Source: Octopus bimaculoides (taxonomy: Eukaryota). From it: a stretch of 64,000 nt of DNA. The position numbers and the translations under genes were made by a program. Positions 25,526-38,079 of this stretch are shown piece by piece. How positions within the stretch are numbered: the stretch's first letter is position 1; each line of letters opens with the position of its first letter. The notes below the pieces were generated by a model that was not told the DNA's origin, ran no database searches, and worked only from the letters and a program-made list of their open reading frames with translations. The stretch covers positions 58,944,742 to 59,008,741 of the forward strand of contig NC_068981.1 in the NCBI RefSeq assembly GCF_001194135.2, in the 5' to 3' direction.

Positions 25526-25920
25526 TGTGCGCGCGTGTGTTTACCGCATTGTGTATTGTATATAGTTGAGACTTATTATTCAGTCGTTATTATCACGCCG
25601 ACAGCAGTAAAAGCAAGAACAACAAACACACCAATGGCAAAGAATGGTTGAAAGATAAATAATTGAAATATTCATTAAAAACAATGGAGACTCATATGAG
25701 ATAAAGTTGTTTTTATGTCGGCTATTACAAAAAAAGGAACAATTATGTAAAATAACAATGACATAAGAAATAGCAACAGTAATATGAACATAGGTATCAT
25801 AATCATCACAATCATAAACATCATCATTATAGTCATTGTGGTTACACAATAAAAGCAGCAGCAGCACCACCACCACCAGCAACTTTCAGTCAAGTTCATA
25901 GACATCTGAAAGTACATAAG

Positions 25921-25974
<54 letters not shown>

Positions 25975-26627
25975 ATATATATATATGTATATATATATAN
26001 NNNNNNNNNNNNNNNNNNNNNNNNNNNNNNNNNNNNNNNNNNNNNNNNNNNNNNNNNNNNNNNNNNNNNNNNNNNNNNNNNNNNNNNNNNNNNNNNNNNN
26101 NNNNNNNNNNNNNNNNNNNNNNNNNNNNNNNNNNNNNNNNNNNNNNNNNNNNNNNNNNNNNNNNNNNNNNNNNNNNNNNNNNNNNNNNNNNNNNNNNNNN
26201 NNNNNNNNNNNNNNNNNNNNNNNNNNNNNNNNNNNNNNNNNNNNNNNNNNNNNNNNNNNNNNNNNNNNNNNNNNNNNNNNNNNNNNNNNNNNNNNNNNNN
26301 NNNNNNNNNNNNNNNNNNNNNNNNNNNNNNNNNNNNNNNNNNNNNNNNNNNNNNNNNNNNNNNNNNNNNNNNNNNNNNNNNNNNNNNNNNNNNNNNNNNN
26401 NNNNNNNNNNNNNNNNNNNNNNNNNNNNNNNNNNNNNNNNNNNNNNNNNNNNNNNNNNNNNNNNNNNNNNNNNNNNNNNNNNNNNNNNNNNNNNNNNNNN
26501 NNNNNNNNNNNNNNNNNNNNNNNNNNNNNNNNNNNNNNNNNNNNNNNNNNNNNNNNNNNNNNNNNNNNNNNNNNNNNNNNNNNNNNNNNNNNNTATATAT
26601 ATATATATATTATCCGAAAAGTATAGC

Positions 26628-26801
26628 ATTAAATATCCATCACGGCTGCTCTCTATTCCTATAGAAAGCAGTCACCATATTCCCTTCCATATCAGCTAAC
26701 TCTGATGAGCATAAAGTTATATAATCGGTTTGTTACCTAACACTCCAGTGTATTCTTTATGCGAAACCGATTGGTAAGACCAGCCATGACGGATATTTAA
26801 T
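26628..26801 (+). ncRNA. Type I hammerhead ribozyme with intact catalytic core and displaced 25-bp helix I
   Basis: CTGATGA 26702-26708; helix II GCATAAAG/CTTTATGC (26709-26716/26755-26762); GAAA 26763-26766; helix III A-CC-gatt-GG-T; GUA triplet, predicted cut 26776/26777. The 3' strand 26777-26801 pairs 22/25 with 26628-26652. Confidence 0.72.
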
Positions 26802-26886
26802 ACCATTCATTACGGATCATATACTCACTTTACTTATAGATATACGAGTGCATCTTTTCCCTGACTTATGGTTTCTTAGACTCACG

Positions 26887-26920
<34 letters not shown>

Positions 26921-27401
26921 TGTATGCATGCATGCATGCATGCATGCATTCATGTATGTATGTATGTATGTATGTAGGCATGCATGTATGTATGTATAAA
27001 CATATGCACGCACGCATATATAGAAATGGATATATGCATAAATAAAATATACAATATATAGATATAATATGTATATTATACATAAATGCAAAATATATGT
27101 TTACGCATATATGTATGCACAGGTATATATATTTATACATAATATCGGTATATATATACATAAACATGTATAGTGTTTATATGTAGGGTCACGTTTAGTT
27201 ATATGCGTAAAAATGTACATATCAAGATATTAATTATGAGTGTGTATGGACATATGAATACAATTATGAATATATATGCTCATCATCTAGATACCTTACA
27301 CTTAAAGTATATATGTATATGTAAACCTTTACGTATAGTTGATTAAAAAATATATATATGCGTATGTATATATGTATATATGCACACGTAGAAATGTGTG
27401 T

Positions 27402-27404
<3 letters not shown>

Positions 27405-27486
<82 letters not shown>
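27405..27486. repeat. (TA)n microsatellite
   Basis: About 40 TA units. Similar arrays at 7056-7104, 33890-33975 and 50668-50740. Confidence 0.95.
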
Positions 27487-27488
<2 letters not shown>

Positions 27489-28499
27489 ATATATAATCTA
27501 CAAAAAATATACAATTTTAAAGAAATAGAAATGCATATTTTAGAAATAAGTATATATTATATAGTGTATATACGTGTTTATTTCATACATACATACATAT
27601 ATATATTTATATAACAGTACACATCGCATAAATATATATAATTAAATATATATAATATATATGTGTATGTGCATGTGCGCGCTCGCGTGTTCCATGTTTG
27701 GAACCTAATGTTATACGTGCCAAACTGCATTAATAAAGCTATTCTGTTGCATATTTAATAACCCCGTCTCTTCAAATGGATTTTGCAATTGAACGAAAAG
27801 CCTGTGCGACATGTGTCAAAAATAATACAAACAGTGAAAGATGATTCAATTTCAACAATCAACCGTCTTGACCGTTTTTGTGAAAGAAATGGATTGATAT
27901 ATATTACAAAATGATATCTATACACATTTCACATATTTTGAATTCTACAGCTTCAAATATCCGCCGGCGTCAATTTTTATACATTTGTTGGCGGATAGGT
28001 TTCTGCCAAAAAGTTATTTTTACGTAGCAAAAATAAGCAACATATTCATTGTCTGTAAAGCTTAGAAACAGTTTAAACGGTTAAAGCATGTAATAAGTAA
28101 ATAAAAAAAAAATCAATGATATCCTAACAAATACTGTTTTTAAACAGCTTTTCAAGAGTGACTGATATTGTGTTTACATACATGCATGTATACTTAGATG
28201 CAGAAACACACACACATACACACACACGTATGCACACACGTACACACACATTTCATGTAGAATTTGACAGGACCGCTTGACGAGTTCATTTGCTGTAAGG
28301 AGTGCATAGTGCAACGTTTCGTGCATTCATCTAAAAGTGAGAGGAAAGAAAGTAAGCATGGCTACGTCGCTTGTGCAGGGGCCAAGTAAATGACAGGTGG
28401 TAGAAGTTATATAAGATGTGGATGTGAGATTGCTCAGAGTGAGAAATAAATGGAAAGGAAGGGAGCTATACACACTCACACATATTGACATGTACATAA

Positions 28500-29250
28500 T
28501 ATAGATATATACAGACAAAATCTCCCCAGGATGGATTGTATATGGCAATACCACCGGCTGATGTCAATACCACCATAAATTTACTTGAAATTTCTGCCCT
28601 TCAGGACACCATCTCCCTCCACATCACTTTTTTATTACAAAACAATACACGTGCCAACGACAGAGCTTTGTTGAGATGCTCAGCCTGCTAAAAAAGAACT
28701 CTCCTTCAGATGTACCCCCTACAGCCTGAAAGAAAGGGAAACACATGTAGTATAATGTTTGTAGTTCTAGATGCCCTTGAAAAGCAAGGAGTGTCACAGA
28801 ATGCCTTGGATTATAGGTTTGCTAGATCAGAGTTGATCTCAGGCAACTGCATCAAACCAACAGATACTCATTCCTACCTCGACTTTCTTCCACATAACCT
28901 TCATACAACATATCTACCAATCTATCGTGGACCCTTCCCTCCACTGAGCCTACACACAAGCCCACTTAGCGATCGGAGTGCCTTTCTTTTTGTACGTTGC
29001 GATTCTGCCACTGAAGTACACCATTTTCTGTAACTTCCTCTTCCTGCAATGTATCTCTTTAATGCCACAATCTTTTATAAGCACTTACTCTGAATTCAGA
29101 TGACATATTTACTCCTTCATCTTCCTAACTGCACTCTTACTATATCCCAAAGCTACATTTAACGTCAAGTTACAGCCACTTCGACTGAACATTCTATACA
29201 ATCTCATTTGCTGCATAGCCGGTAAACTTAGTATTAAGCATGGTACATAA
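28500..29250 (+). mobile_element. Penelope-like element reverse transcriptase relic
   Basis: KPTDTHSYLDF matches the YxKPTDxHxYLxY..SxHP thumb motif of PLE RTs; flanks are heavily degenerate. Confidence 0.6.
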
Positions 29251-29497
29251 TGTCCGTGACCTAAGCCAGAGTGTCTTTAAAGTTGTAGCCCAGCACTTTA
29301 ACTCATTGGTCACCATTTTGACCACAACGTGGTTAAATGTGTTATACTACACAATAATTTATCCCACTACTGCAGGGTCAAGGATGAGCATACATGAATT
29401 CTTCCGTTCTTGTGCTTAGTTCAAGTGTCCTGCCACATGTTATTCATATACTTAAATGTGTGCATTTCTCGGTTTTGTATATCTATATGTCTCTGTC

Positions 29498-29499
<2 letters not shown>

Positions 29500-29581
<82 letters not shown>
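29500..29581. repeat. (CTAT)n microsatellite
   Basis: About 20 CTAT units. Confidence 0.95.
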
Positions 29582-29582
<1 letters not shown>

Positions 29583-30023
29583 GTATGCAGTTATATATTT
29601 ATGCGTGCATATGTATTATGAATATATTTGCATTTAAGTGTGTATATGCATGTGTGAGTGTGTGCGCGTGCAGACATGTATGTATGACTACGAATACTTT
29701 TACATACGAATATTTGCGTATGTATGTCTCCATAAATGTTTTTGTGTGGCTGAAATTAAAAGTATTGTGTGTACTCATACGTATGTGTGTGTGTGTATGC
29801 GTGTATACGCACAGGTATGTATGGTTGTATGTGTATGTATGTTTGTATTTGCTTGTATGTATGCTTGATTTTCATGTTGGTATGTGCATGTTTGCATATA
29901 CACATTTACTGTTGAAGGTAAACGTTTCTTTTGTTTTCATTTTATTCATTGAAAATGATATTCTATACAACTAAACAGAAAGAGTTGTATGTATTGCTGT
30001 TACTGTGTGATTATGGGTGTCTA

Positions 30024-30163
30024 CAAACGGGGGTCGGACAAAATAACGGCAGCATCACTTTATATTTAGCATCACTTTTATATAGGCAATATGAAAAATT
30101 CAATACTATTCTACTGTATATATNNNNNNNNNNNNNNNNNNNNNNNNNNNNNNNNNNNNNNNN

Positions 30164-30197
<34 letters not shown>

Positions 30198-31310
30198 ATT
30201 TGCATTATATATGCATTTTACTTCACGATATAACGTTCTTTTTTTGCAAATATTTGTATTGAAATAAGATAAAATGATTTTCAAAGTGGACTAATTGTTG
30301 GAATGCAGAGGGCTGGAAATTTATTCTCTATTTCTAAATTGCTTAATGCTTCAAGAAATCATCTTGACATTCTAAAACCAAGTTAAAACCAGCTCTGGCG
30401 AGCATATTTCTGGATAGAAAGCAAAGCTCACAGAGAAGAGCCGCAGAATAGTGAAACGTATGTGTCTTAAAAACCATGGAATTACAGCAACAAAAGTGAC
30501 AGAAGAGCTAAATGATCACTTTGCCATACTTGTGCCAACCCAAACCATTCATCGTGCGTGCCATAAAGCTATCCACGGGGAGGGTTGAAACTGCTAACTC
30601 TCTACTGTCTTCCATTAATATTGATAAACGGAAAAAATGGCGTACTGATTATCAGAAAAGTTATCTGTGGCTCAATGACACGATGTCATCTTCTTTGGTG
30701 AATCACTATTCACATTTTTTCCTCACTTTGGGATTAATTTATTTCACCAAACCCTAACTATTTGACCTCTACCGTGAAGCATGGAGGCGGATCTGTGATG
30801 GTTTGGACAACCATATCACAGGTTTCTCTAGTCTCTTTAGTTGTTCTACATAGTAGAGTTAATGCCAAGGAGTATCTGAATAATTTTGCGGATGATGTCC
30901 ATCCTATAGTACGAAAATTGCTCCTTCATAGTAATGCAATTTTCCAGGATGATAACTCACCGATTCACACAGCTAATGTTATTAAAAAGTAATATAAAGA
31001 GCACAAAAGTAAAGTAGACCATTGGGACTGCCACCTCCAACTTTCTCACCGAATGTGTAAATGTATAAGTGAACGTTTATGGTGCATTTTGGAATAGCAA
31101 ATGAGGAGCCACTTCTTTCTGCCTCCGTAGTTGATAGAGCTAAAGCAAGCTTTACTTGAAGAGTGGCTCAAAATTCTCTTTACAGAACCTGTACGAATCA
31201 ATTCCTCGACGTATTAAGACTGTGATTGATGCTGAAGGTGGACCAGCATAGTACTAAATAAAAACTTCTGTTTAACAAGGTATATCCATCATTTTGTCCA
31301 ACCTCTTCAT
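30024..31310 (+). mobile_element. Tc1-like (DD34E) transposon relic with both TIRs
   Basis: TIRs ggggtcggacaaaataacgg (about 30030-30049) and ccatcattttgtccaacctc (31286-31305). Transposase TVKHGGGSVMVW...IFQDDNSPIHTA. An internal (TA)n tract and gap lie near the 5' end. Confidence 0.88.
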
Positions 31311-32397
31311 GTGAACAACTTTTTTTGTGCGGTTGATCTTTATCTATGGGTTTTGCTATTTAATGTTACTCCTCTCTCTGTGCTTCACTTGAACTCTTTT
31401 GCCTTGTTTCTTTGAGGCACTGACTCTTTCCACCTTTCCTCTCCACATCTCATAATATGTTTCATGGAAAATACGCCAAGGGATTGTTCTGCACACTCTA
31501 TACAAACTCAGTAAGATTTTACATCTGCAATAAGGATCGAAATAACGTTGATTAACCCCTGTATATATTTTTCTATAATTCGATCACAAATCTTATTGAA
31601 GTTATCCCTCTTGCTTGTCACTTTCAAATCATAAAATACATTGCCACATTTTCATGAGTTCAACGATGAGCAAAACATTGAGAATGAAAAGTAAAAGTAG
31701 AGGAAAACTCTGACCTACTCATATAGCTCCTCGCTCTTGCTTATCTACCTTTCATCTCTTATATCAGCACAACATATGTTACTCCCTAAAATCTAATACC
31801 TTCTGAAAATACTTCTCTCCAGCCCAAGCGACAAAACTTTCTTTCGTCTTTCCTCAATCACAAACGAAAGGCAAGCCGCGAAATATTAGGTATCACACTC
31901 CTCATTACAAAGGCACTCAACGGACTCCTCCTACTGACTTATTACAAATTATCTCAGCACTTTTTATATATATATATATATNNNNNNNNNNNNNNNNNNN
32001 NNNNNNNNNNNNNNNNNNNNNNNNNNNNNNNNNNNNNNNNNNNNNNNNNNNNNNNNNNNNNNNNNNNNNNNNNNNNNNNNNNNNNNNNNNNNNNNNNNNN
32101 NNNNNNNNNNNNNNNNNNNNNNNNNNNNNNNNNNNNNNNNNNNNNNNNNNNNNNNNNNNNNNNNNNNNNNNNNNNNNNNNNNNNNNNNNNNNNNNNNNNN
32201 NNNNNNNNNNNNNNNNNNNNNNNNNNNNNNNNNNNNNNNNNNNNNNNNNNNNNNNNNNNNNNNNNNNNNNNNNNNNNNNNNNNNNNNNNNNNNNNNNNNN
32301 NNNNNNNNNNNNNNNNNNNNNNNNNNNNNNNNNNNNNNNNNNNNNNNNNNNNNNNNNNNNNNNNNNNNNNNNNNNNNNNNNNNNNNNNNNNNNNNNN

Positions 32398-32469
<72 letters not shown>

Positions 32470-32617
32470 ACACACACATATGTACACACACATATATATA
32501 TATACATACATACATATATATATGTATTTATATATAGGAATCTGCAGATACATACGTACATACTTATGTATGCACATACATACCTACATATATTAATAAA
32601 TGAGAATGGGATAGATA

Positions 32618-32823
32618 TCATGTAATGTAGTTCACTAGGTTAGCTATGTCTGCTACAAGAAGCAGGGAATCCTGAGCTGATTGGTTGCGCAACATCCTAG
32701 AGTTTCCTCGAAATTATTAAACTTCATTTGAATGGTTCCGAGGAAACTCTAGGATCTTAAACTCAGTTCTGAATGCACTGCTTCTCATAGCAGACAGCTA
32801 ATCTAATTAACTTGGTTACGTGA
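32618..32823. mobile_element. ~206-bp palindromic MITE-like foldback
   Basis: tcatgtaa...ggttagct..gtctgcta..agaagcag...atcctagagtttcctcg pairs with cgaggaaactctaggat...ctgcttct..tagcagac.agctaatc...ttacgtga. Confidence 0.8.
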
Positions 32824-32979
32824 TTCCTGTTCATTATCCAAGATCACAATCTGTAGTAGCCTAAGCTAAAGCTTTATGCTAAAGCGTTTATGTATTTAGT
32901 TCTCACAAGTGGCTAGGAGTATCACTCAGAAGGACTGCAGCCACATGGCTGAAGCTCATAGAAAAATAAAACAAAAGAA

Positions 32980-33028
<49 letters not shown>

Positions 33029-33603
33029 NNNNNNNNNNNNNNNNNNNNNNNNNNNNNNNNNNNNNNNNNNNNNNNNNNNNNNNNNNNNNNNNNNNNNNNN
33101 NNNNNNNNNNNNNNNNNNNNNNNNNNNNNNNNNNNNNNNNNNNNNNNNNNNNNNNNNNNNNNNNNNNNNNNNNNNNNNNNNNNNNNNNNNNNNNNNNNNN
33201 NNNNNNNNNNNNNNNNNNNNNNNNNNNNNNNNNNNNNNNNNNNNNNNNNNNNNNNNNNNNNNNNNNNNNNNNNNNNNNNNNNNNNNNNNNNNNNNNNNNN
33301 NNNNNNNNNNNNNNNNNNNNNNNNNNNNNNNNNNNNNNNNNNNNNNNNNNNNNNNNNNNNNNNNNNNNNNNNNNNNNNNNNNNNNNNNNNNNNNNNNNNN
33401 NNNNNNNNNNNNNNNNNNNNNNNNNNNNNNNNNNNNNNNNNNNNNNNNNNNNNNNNNNNNNNNNNNNNNNNNNNNNNNNNNNNNNTATGTATACTAAGAG
33501 ACTTAGGTAAGTTTCGGCCAAATATGTGATCAAACAGATTTTAATGAGGCAGATGTTAGTCTGGGACGGCATAACTTATATAGTAAAATGGACAAATGGA
33601 GAA

Positions 33604-33768
33604 CATTGAACTTGCATAGGGGAGTGAAAAATTCGACATTTTAAATATGTTTTTCTCTAAGGAAATGTTGAAAGGAGAGAAAATTCTCAGTTTTTTTCCT
33701 TTAACTTTTCGCGAAGAAATACTCTCTCCGAAACAGTAGATTTTCCACTCCCCTCTGCAAGTTCACTG
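33604..33768. mobile_element. 165-bp MITE with ~30-bp TIRs (Tc1/mariner-type)
   Basis: cattgaacttgcataggggagtgaaaaat vs attttccactcccctctgcaagttcactg, followed by TA. Confidence 0.8.
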
Positions 33769-33886
33769 TACTTTATTTTTATCGAGTTAATACACACATA
33801 TACATACATACATACATACATACATTACACACAAACATACATACACACACGCACACATATATATGTATGTATGTGCGTATGTGTGG

Positions 33887-33983
<97 letters not shown>

Positions 33984-35274
33984 TACATATATATATTATA
34001 TAAGCATATATATTTAAATATACGCAATATATGCGTAATTGAAATATGTATATATATATACACACACACATTGAATTTGAGTTGTACTTTATAACAGGTT
34101 GTCCAGCTGTATCTTTCTGAAAGTATCGTTGGTGTTGAATATACCCATACCATGAGATTATCGAAGTCCAGATATCTGATGATGTGGCTCTGTTCTACAC
34201 CCAAGGAGCTTGAAATCAACCTGTTATCATACACACACACACACGCGCGCGCGTGTATGTGTGTGTGTGTGCTTGCATGTGTATATATTTCCTTGCATTT
34301 ATACTCACACATAGTTTACTTATGAAATTTATTAGTTTTTCTACAGTAAAAAAGAAAATTTCGAGCTGTGATTATCGATTGTCAATTGCAACTTCAGTGC
34401 TTGGATACAATTGTTTGTTTTTTTTCTGTTTACAGACAAGCGCTCTATCACATAAGAATAGTAAAAGCTGCTACCTTTGTCAAGATACAGACAACTATAT
34501 TTTCTGCTTTAATCTCTTGATGTTCAAGGAAATCATGTCCAAGGAAATCATGTAAGGACAATGGACTGACGATCATATTTCACTTCATCATGAGTTAAAT
34601 AATTATCAGAAAAGCACTGTCATTGAAATTTTACAGAATACTGGTCCCCTACACAAACATCTGATTGCGCATTACGTTATTTAACAAACGTTTACATGTT
34701 TAATCATATTCTAACCACTTTCACATGAAATCCATAGTTTTTTTTCTCAACGTCTTTAAATAAAACAATTTGTTTAAAATTTCATTTTCAATTATCCTTC
34801 TTATTACTTAATGGCTTCGAAACTTTTTTTCTTTTTCCAATGAAACCAGGAACAAATAAACTTGATCAGTTTTTGTAATATTTCGAATTAACACATTTCA
34901 AAAGTTGGAGGAAAAATATGAAGAAAAGGACAAAAACTTTAATTAAAAAATCATAAAAAACAAAAACAAAAAATTTTCATAGTTCCAAAGCTTTTAAAAA
35001 ATAAATTTGCGAAATAACGTTGTCGTTTATCTTCCCATTTTCTTGTTGTCATAGTAGTTTATTTTCATTCTGTGTTAGACAAACAGTTGTGGCTTCAGTC
35101 TTTTATTCCTTTCATTGAAAAGTGCAATTTACTTTTTGAAATGTCAATTATAAAGCATTCCATTAACTCCTGTTAATTTATATTTCATATATAGATTAAC
35201 AGGAGTCAACAAGGGAAACAACGAATGAAATAGCCAATGGATTTAGATAGTTTTGAATTGTATTTAGAGAAATG

Positions 35275-36381
35275 TCATGGACAGGCACTCTCTGTTTGAT
35301 CTGTTTCTGGCTGTTGATCATTCAGTACTGTCAATTCATACATAGTGGTTCGTGTATCCGCCTCATTTGACAATTCTACTCGGCATGCACCGAGAGTTTT
35401 AAAGAGAACTGGACGGAACGTGCGAAAAAGGACTTTTCTAAACTTGCGACCAACTGCTGTATAAACCAAGAAATTTACTGAAGAATTAAATATAAATAAA
35501 GTATTACTAACTGCTAGCCATTTAAGCAAAACAAGGTGCGAGAGGAACTCGTACTGGGCGATTAAACCTGGCGTTTGACAAACAATAAAGATAAGAACAA
35601 TTAGAACCAGAACAAGACTCATGTTTGCTTCGTTGTCTTCTTCCACATTCATTCCAACTCGACGTTGTCGCATTTTCATGAGTTCAATGATGAGTAGAAC
35701 GTTGAGGACGAAAAGTACAAGTAGAGGAATGATAAAAATCAGAATGGAGTACATTAAACCACTGTAAATTTCCTTGTATATATCTGATTCGCCATATTCA
35801 GTCGGTATAATCATGTAACCGTCTCCTGATTTCAAAGGGCTAGCTTTAGTGCCAAACAGACGTGGGATATTATACAACACCGAGAAAGCGGTTGTTAATC
35901 CAATCACAGTAAGAGCTTTACAACGAGTCAGTAATCGGATAGAAATAAACGGATGACAAATTGCAATATACCGCTCAATAGTAACACTAACAGTAATCCA
36001 TACATTTATAGTTTGAACAGTCATCACTACATAATTACATGGTACAAATATCATAGGATAAATAATTTCTCTGAAATATTTTAAACTCTTCGTATAGTTA
36101 GAGATACTGATAGGTGTAAGCAAAAGGAATGCAAAAACTAATATTGCCGTGTCCGTGATTACAAGAGCTCTTAGATAGTATATTGTAGTGGAGTGCATTT
36201 CTTTTCGCCAAAGAACAATTATTGTTAGAATGTTGCCAATTAGACCAAAGAGAACTATAACAGGAACAATGATTCCCCAAAAGAAGAAATGTACGGAATA
36301 GGCTTCCATTTTATTTTCCTCATTTAGGGAAGATCCACCGTCAGTAGTGTTGGGAATACCACTCAAATTGGCTTCTGCCAT
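35275..36381 (-). CDS. Class A (rhodopsin-like) 7TM GPCR, FMRFamide-receptor-like peptide/orphan receptor, 368 aa, single coding exon
   Basis: Uninterrupted ORF with seven hydrophobic segments. Motifs: N-terminal sequons NLS and NTT, TM1 GN, TM2 D2.50 (LVITD), TM3 TIERYIAICHP, TM4 YNIPR, TM5 FIIP, TM6 FIVCQTP, TM7 NSSVNFLVY, helix 8 GRKFRK. Start context aatcATGG. YNIPR and NxxxNFxxY are typical of the FMRFamide/sex-peptide/myosuppressin receptor-like group; the ligand cannot be assigned from sequence. Confidence 0.93.
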   Translation of the reverse strand: MAEANLSGIPNTTDGGSSLNEENKMEAYSVHFFFWGIIVPVIVLFGLIGNILTIIVLWRKEMHSTTIYYLRALVITDTAILVFAFLLLTPISISNYTKSLKYFREIIYPMIFVPCNYVVMTVQTINVWITVSVTIERYIAICHPFISIRLLTRCKALTVIGLTTAFSVLYNIPRLFGTKASPLKSGDGYMIIPTEYGESDIYKEIYSGLMYSILIFIIPLLVLFVLNVLLIIELMKMRQRRVGMNVEEDNEANMSLVLVLIVLIFIVCQTPGLIAQYEFLSHLVLLKWLAVSNTLFIFNSSVNFLVYTAVGRKFRKVLFRTFRPVLFKTLGACRVELSNEADTRTTMYELTVLNDQQPETDQTESACP

Positions 36382-36477
36382 GATTTACACGCTCCGTTTC
36401 ACAATTCAAAATGTACACTGCTCATATATACTATTGACAGAGACTAACTTAGTATCAAGATCATATAGTTAATAGTT

Positions 36478-36497
36478 CTGGCGTGAAAGAAAATCAG
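36478..36497 (-). promoter_or_regulatory. Putative 3' splice acceptor about 96 nt upstream of the GPCR ATG (5' UTR intron)
   Basis: Minus strand reads gCTGATtttctttcacgcCAG|aactatt: branch-like CTGAT, pyrimidine tract and CAG, with the exon starting at 36477. Not confirmed by transcript data. Confidence 0.5.
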
Positions 36498-38079
36498 CGA
36501 ACATTTTACTTTTTATAAATTATATAATTACTCTCTAAGCCTCACTTGGATTTGAAAATTAATTATTCAGCTGGTAATCAAATATTATTTTCTCATAATT
36601 TTAACGCGTGAATTAAACCCCGTATTCGCTAATCACTCAGTTCGTATCGTATCTACCATTTTATAGGACATGTTTAATTCGTGAAATACAAACGCCTCTT
36701 ACTAATGGAAATATATAACACAAAGGATATGATAATAAAAATATCCTGTTTAAGACTATATCACAGATAAGTTCGTGGTACCAGCAAATCAATGGCGATG
36801 TTCTTTCTCATTCTTAATATATTTAACTCTTACAAAGATGCAAGGAAGCATGAAGTGATAAATAGTTGTGCTGTTCAACGTTCGCGATCTACTACATTTC
36901 AGTTATTGCGTGTGTATTAAATAAACTTTCCCTTCTCTAACCGTTTTAAGAAAAATAATAAAAAAAGGTAATAAAGATTAATATATATTGTCGTCAATGT
37001 GGTTCTCAAGAAGATGTTAGGCTTGCTTAAGCATAAACTTGCGAAATATTCATAGTATTGTAGACAAGTTGATATTGCATTACATTCTTGATTATAATCG
37101 TTTTCAATGAAAAATGATTCAATGGAATCATAAGTGCAGCAGAATGAAATATTAAATATAAAATGCAATATTAGAGATACTGTCCGCTCGAGGTAAATGT
37201 GTTACATTCTACTAATTATCTTAATTTCTCAGGTAATAAAATAGTGCTGATGATATGTAATTTAGATGTTTCCGAAGAATTGGCATTTTCGTCGAATTGT
37301 ATGATTTAGAATTCAAAAGTCGTTGTCATTTATGCTCGTTTTCTACAAGCACGTCTTGTATTCTTTTCTTCAAAGTGTAATCTGGAATAAAAAGAAGACA
37401 TATATCATTATAGACAAAGAAAAAATGTAAACATTTGTTTGATAGAAAATAGTAGGAAAATGATATCACAGTACATTTGTGAATGAAATATCGTAATGCT
37501 AACAAGAGCTAGGCATCATGATGATAAAACGTTGCATTATTTTCTGCTTAGAGTATGAAGACATTGCAAATGAAAAGTATCAGCTATCTTAAGTAATCGT
37601 CAGTCATATAGTTACTTGCATTAACAAAGCATTCAAGATATCACACACACTTCCACACACGGGCGCGCACAGACACGGGTGCGCGTACGCACAGTCACAC
37701 ACAGTCACACACAGTCACACACGCTCAAACACATGATAACACAAATGAATCATTGTGTTGGAAGAATATATCAATAACTTGGCTAATGAGGTTGCTTATT
37801 AGTGAACGACATGACCAATAACTGGGGATAAATATTTAAATATCACTTATTACTTTTTTTGTACCTGTTTATATGTACATTGTTGTTATTGTTATTTAAC
37901 TACAATCGAGCAAACTTAGCAAAGTTGAGTCAAGAGTTTTTCGGATTTTCACTGATGACTTTTGGCAACTTGAATCTACATGTTAGTTTGATACAACTTG
38001 TTACCCAATCATTGATAAATTGTTTATTCATTATTTTCATATATAGCATATAAGCATTAATTGTTAATTCTTTATTTTA

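Noticed and set aside
27955-28000. tatccgcc...ggcggata 8-bp hairpin
   Set aside because: A short stem of this length is expected by chance in 64 kb; no other support.
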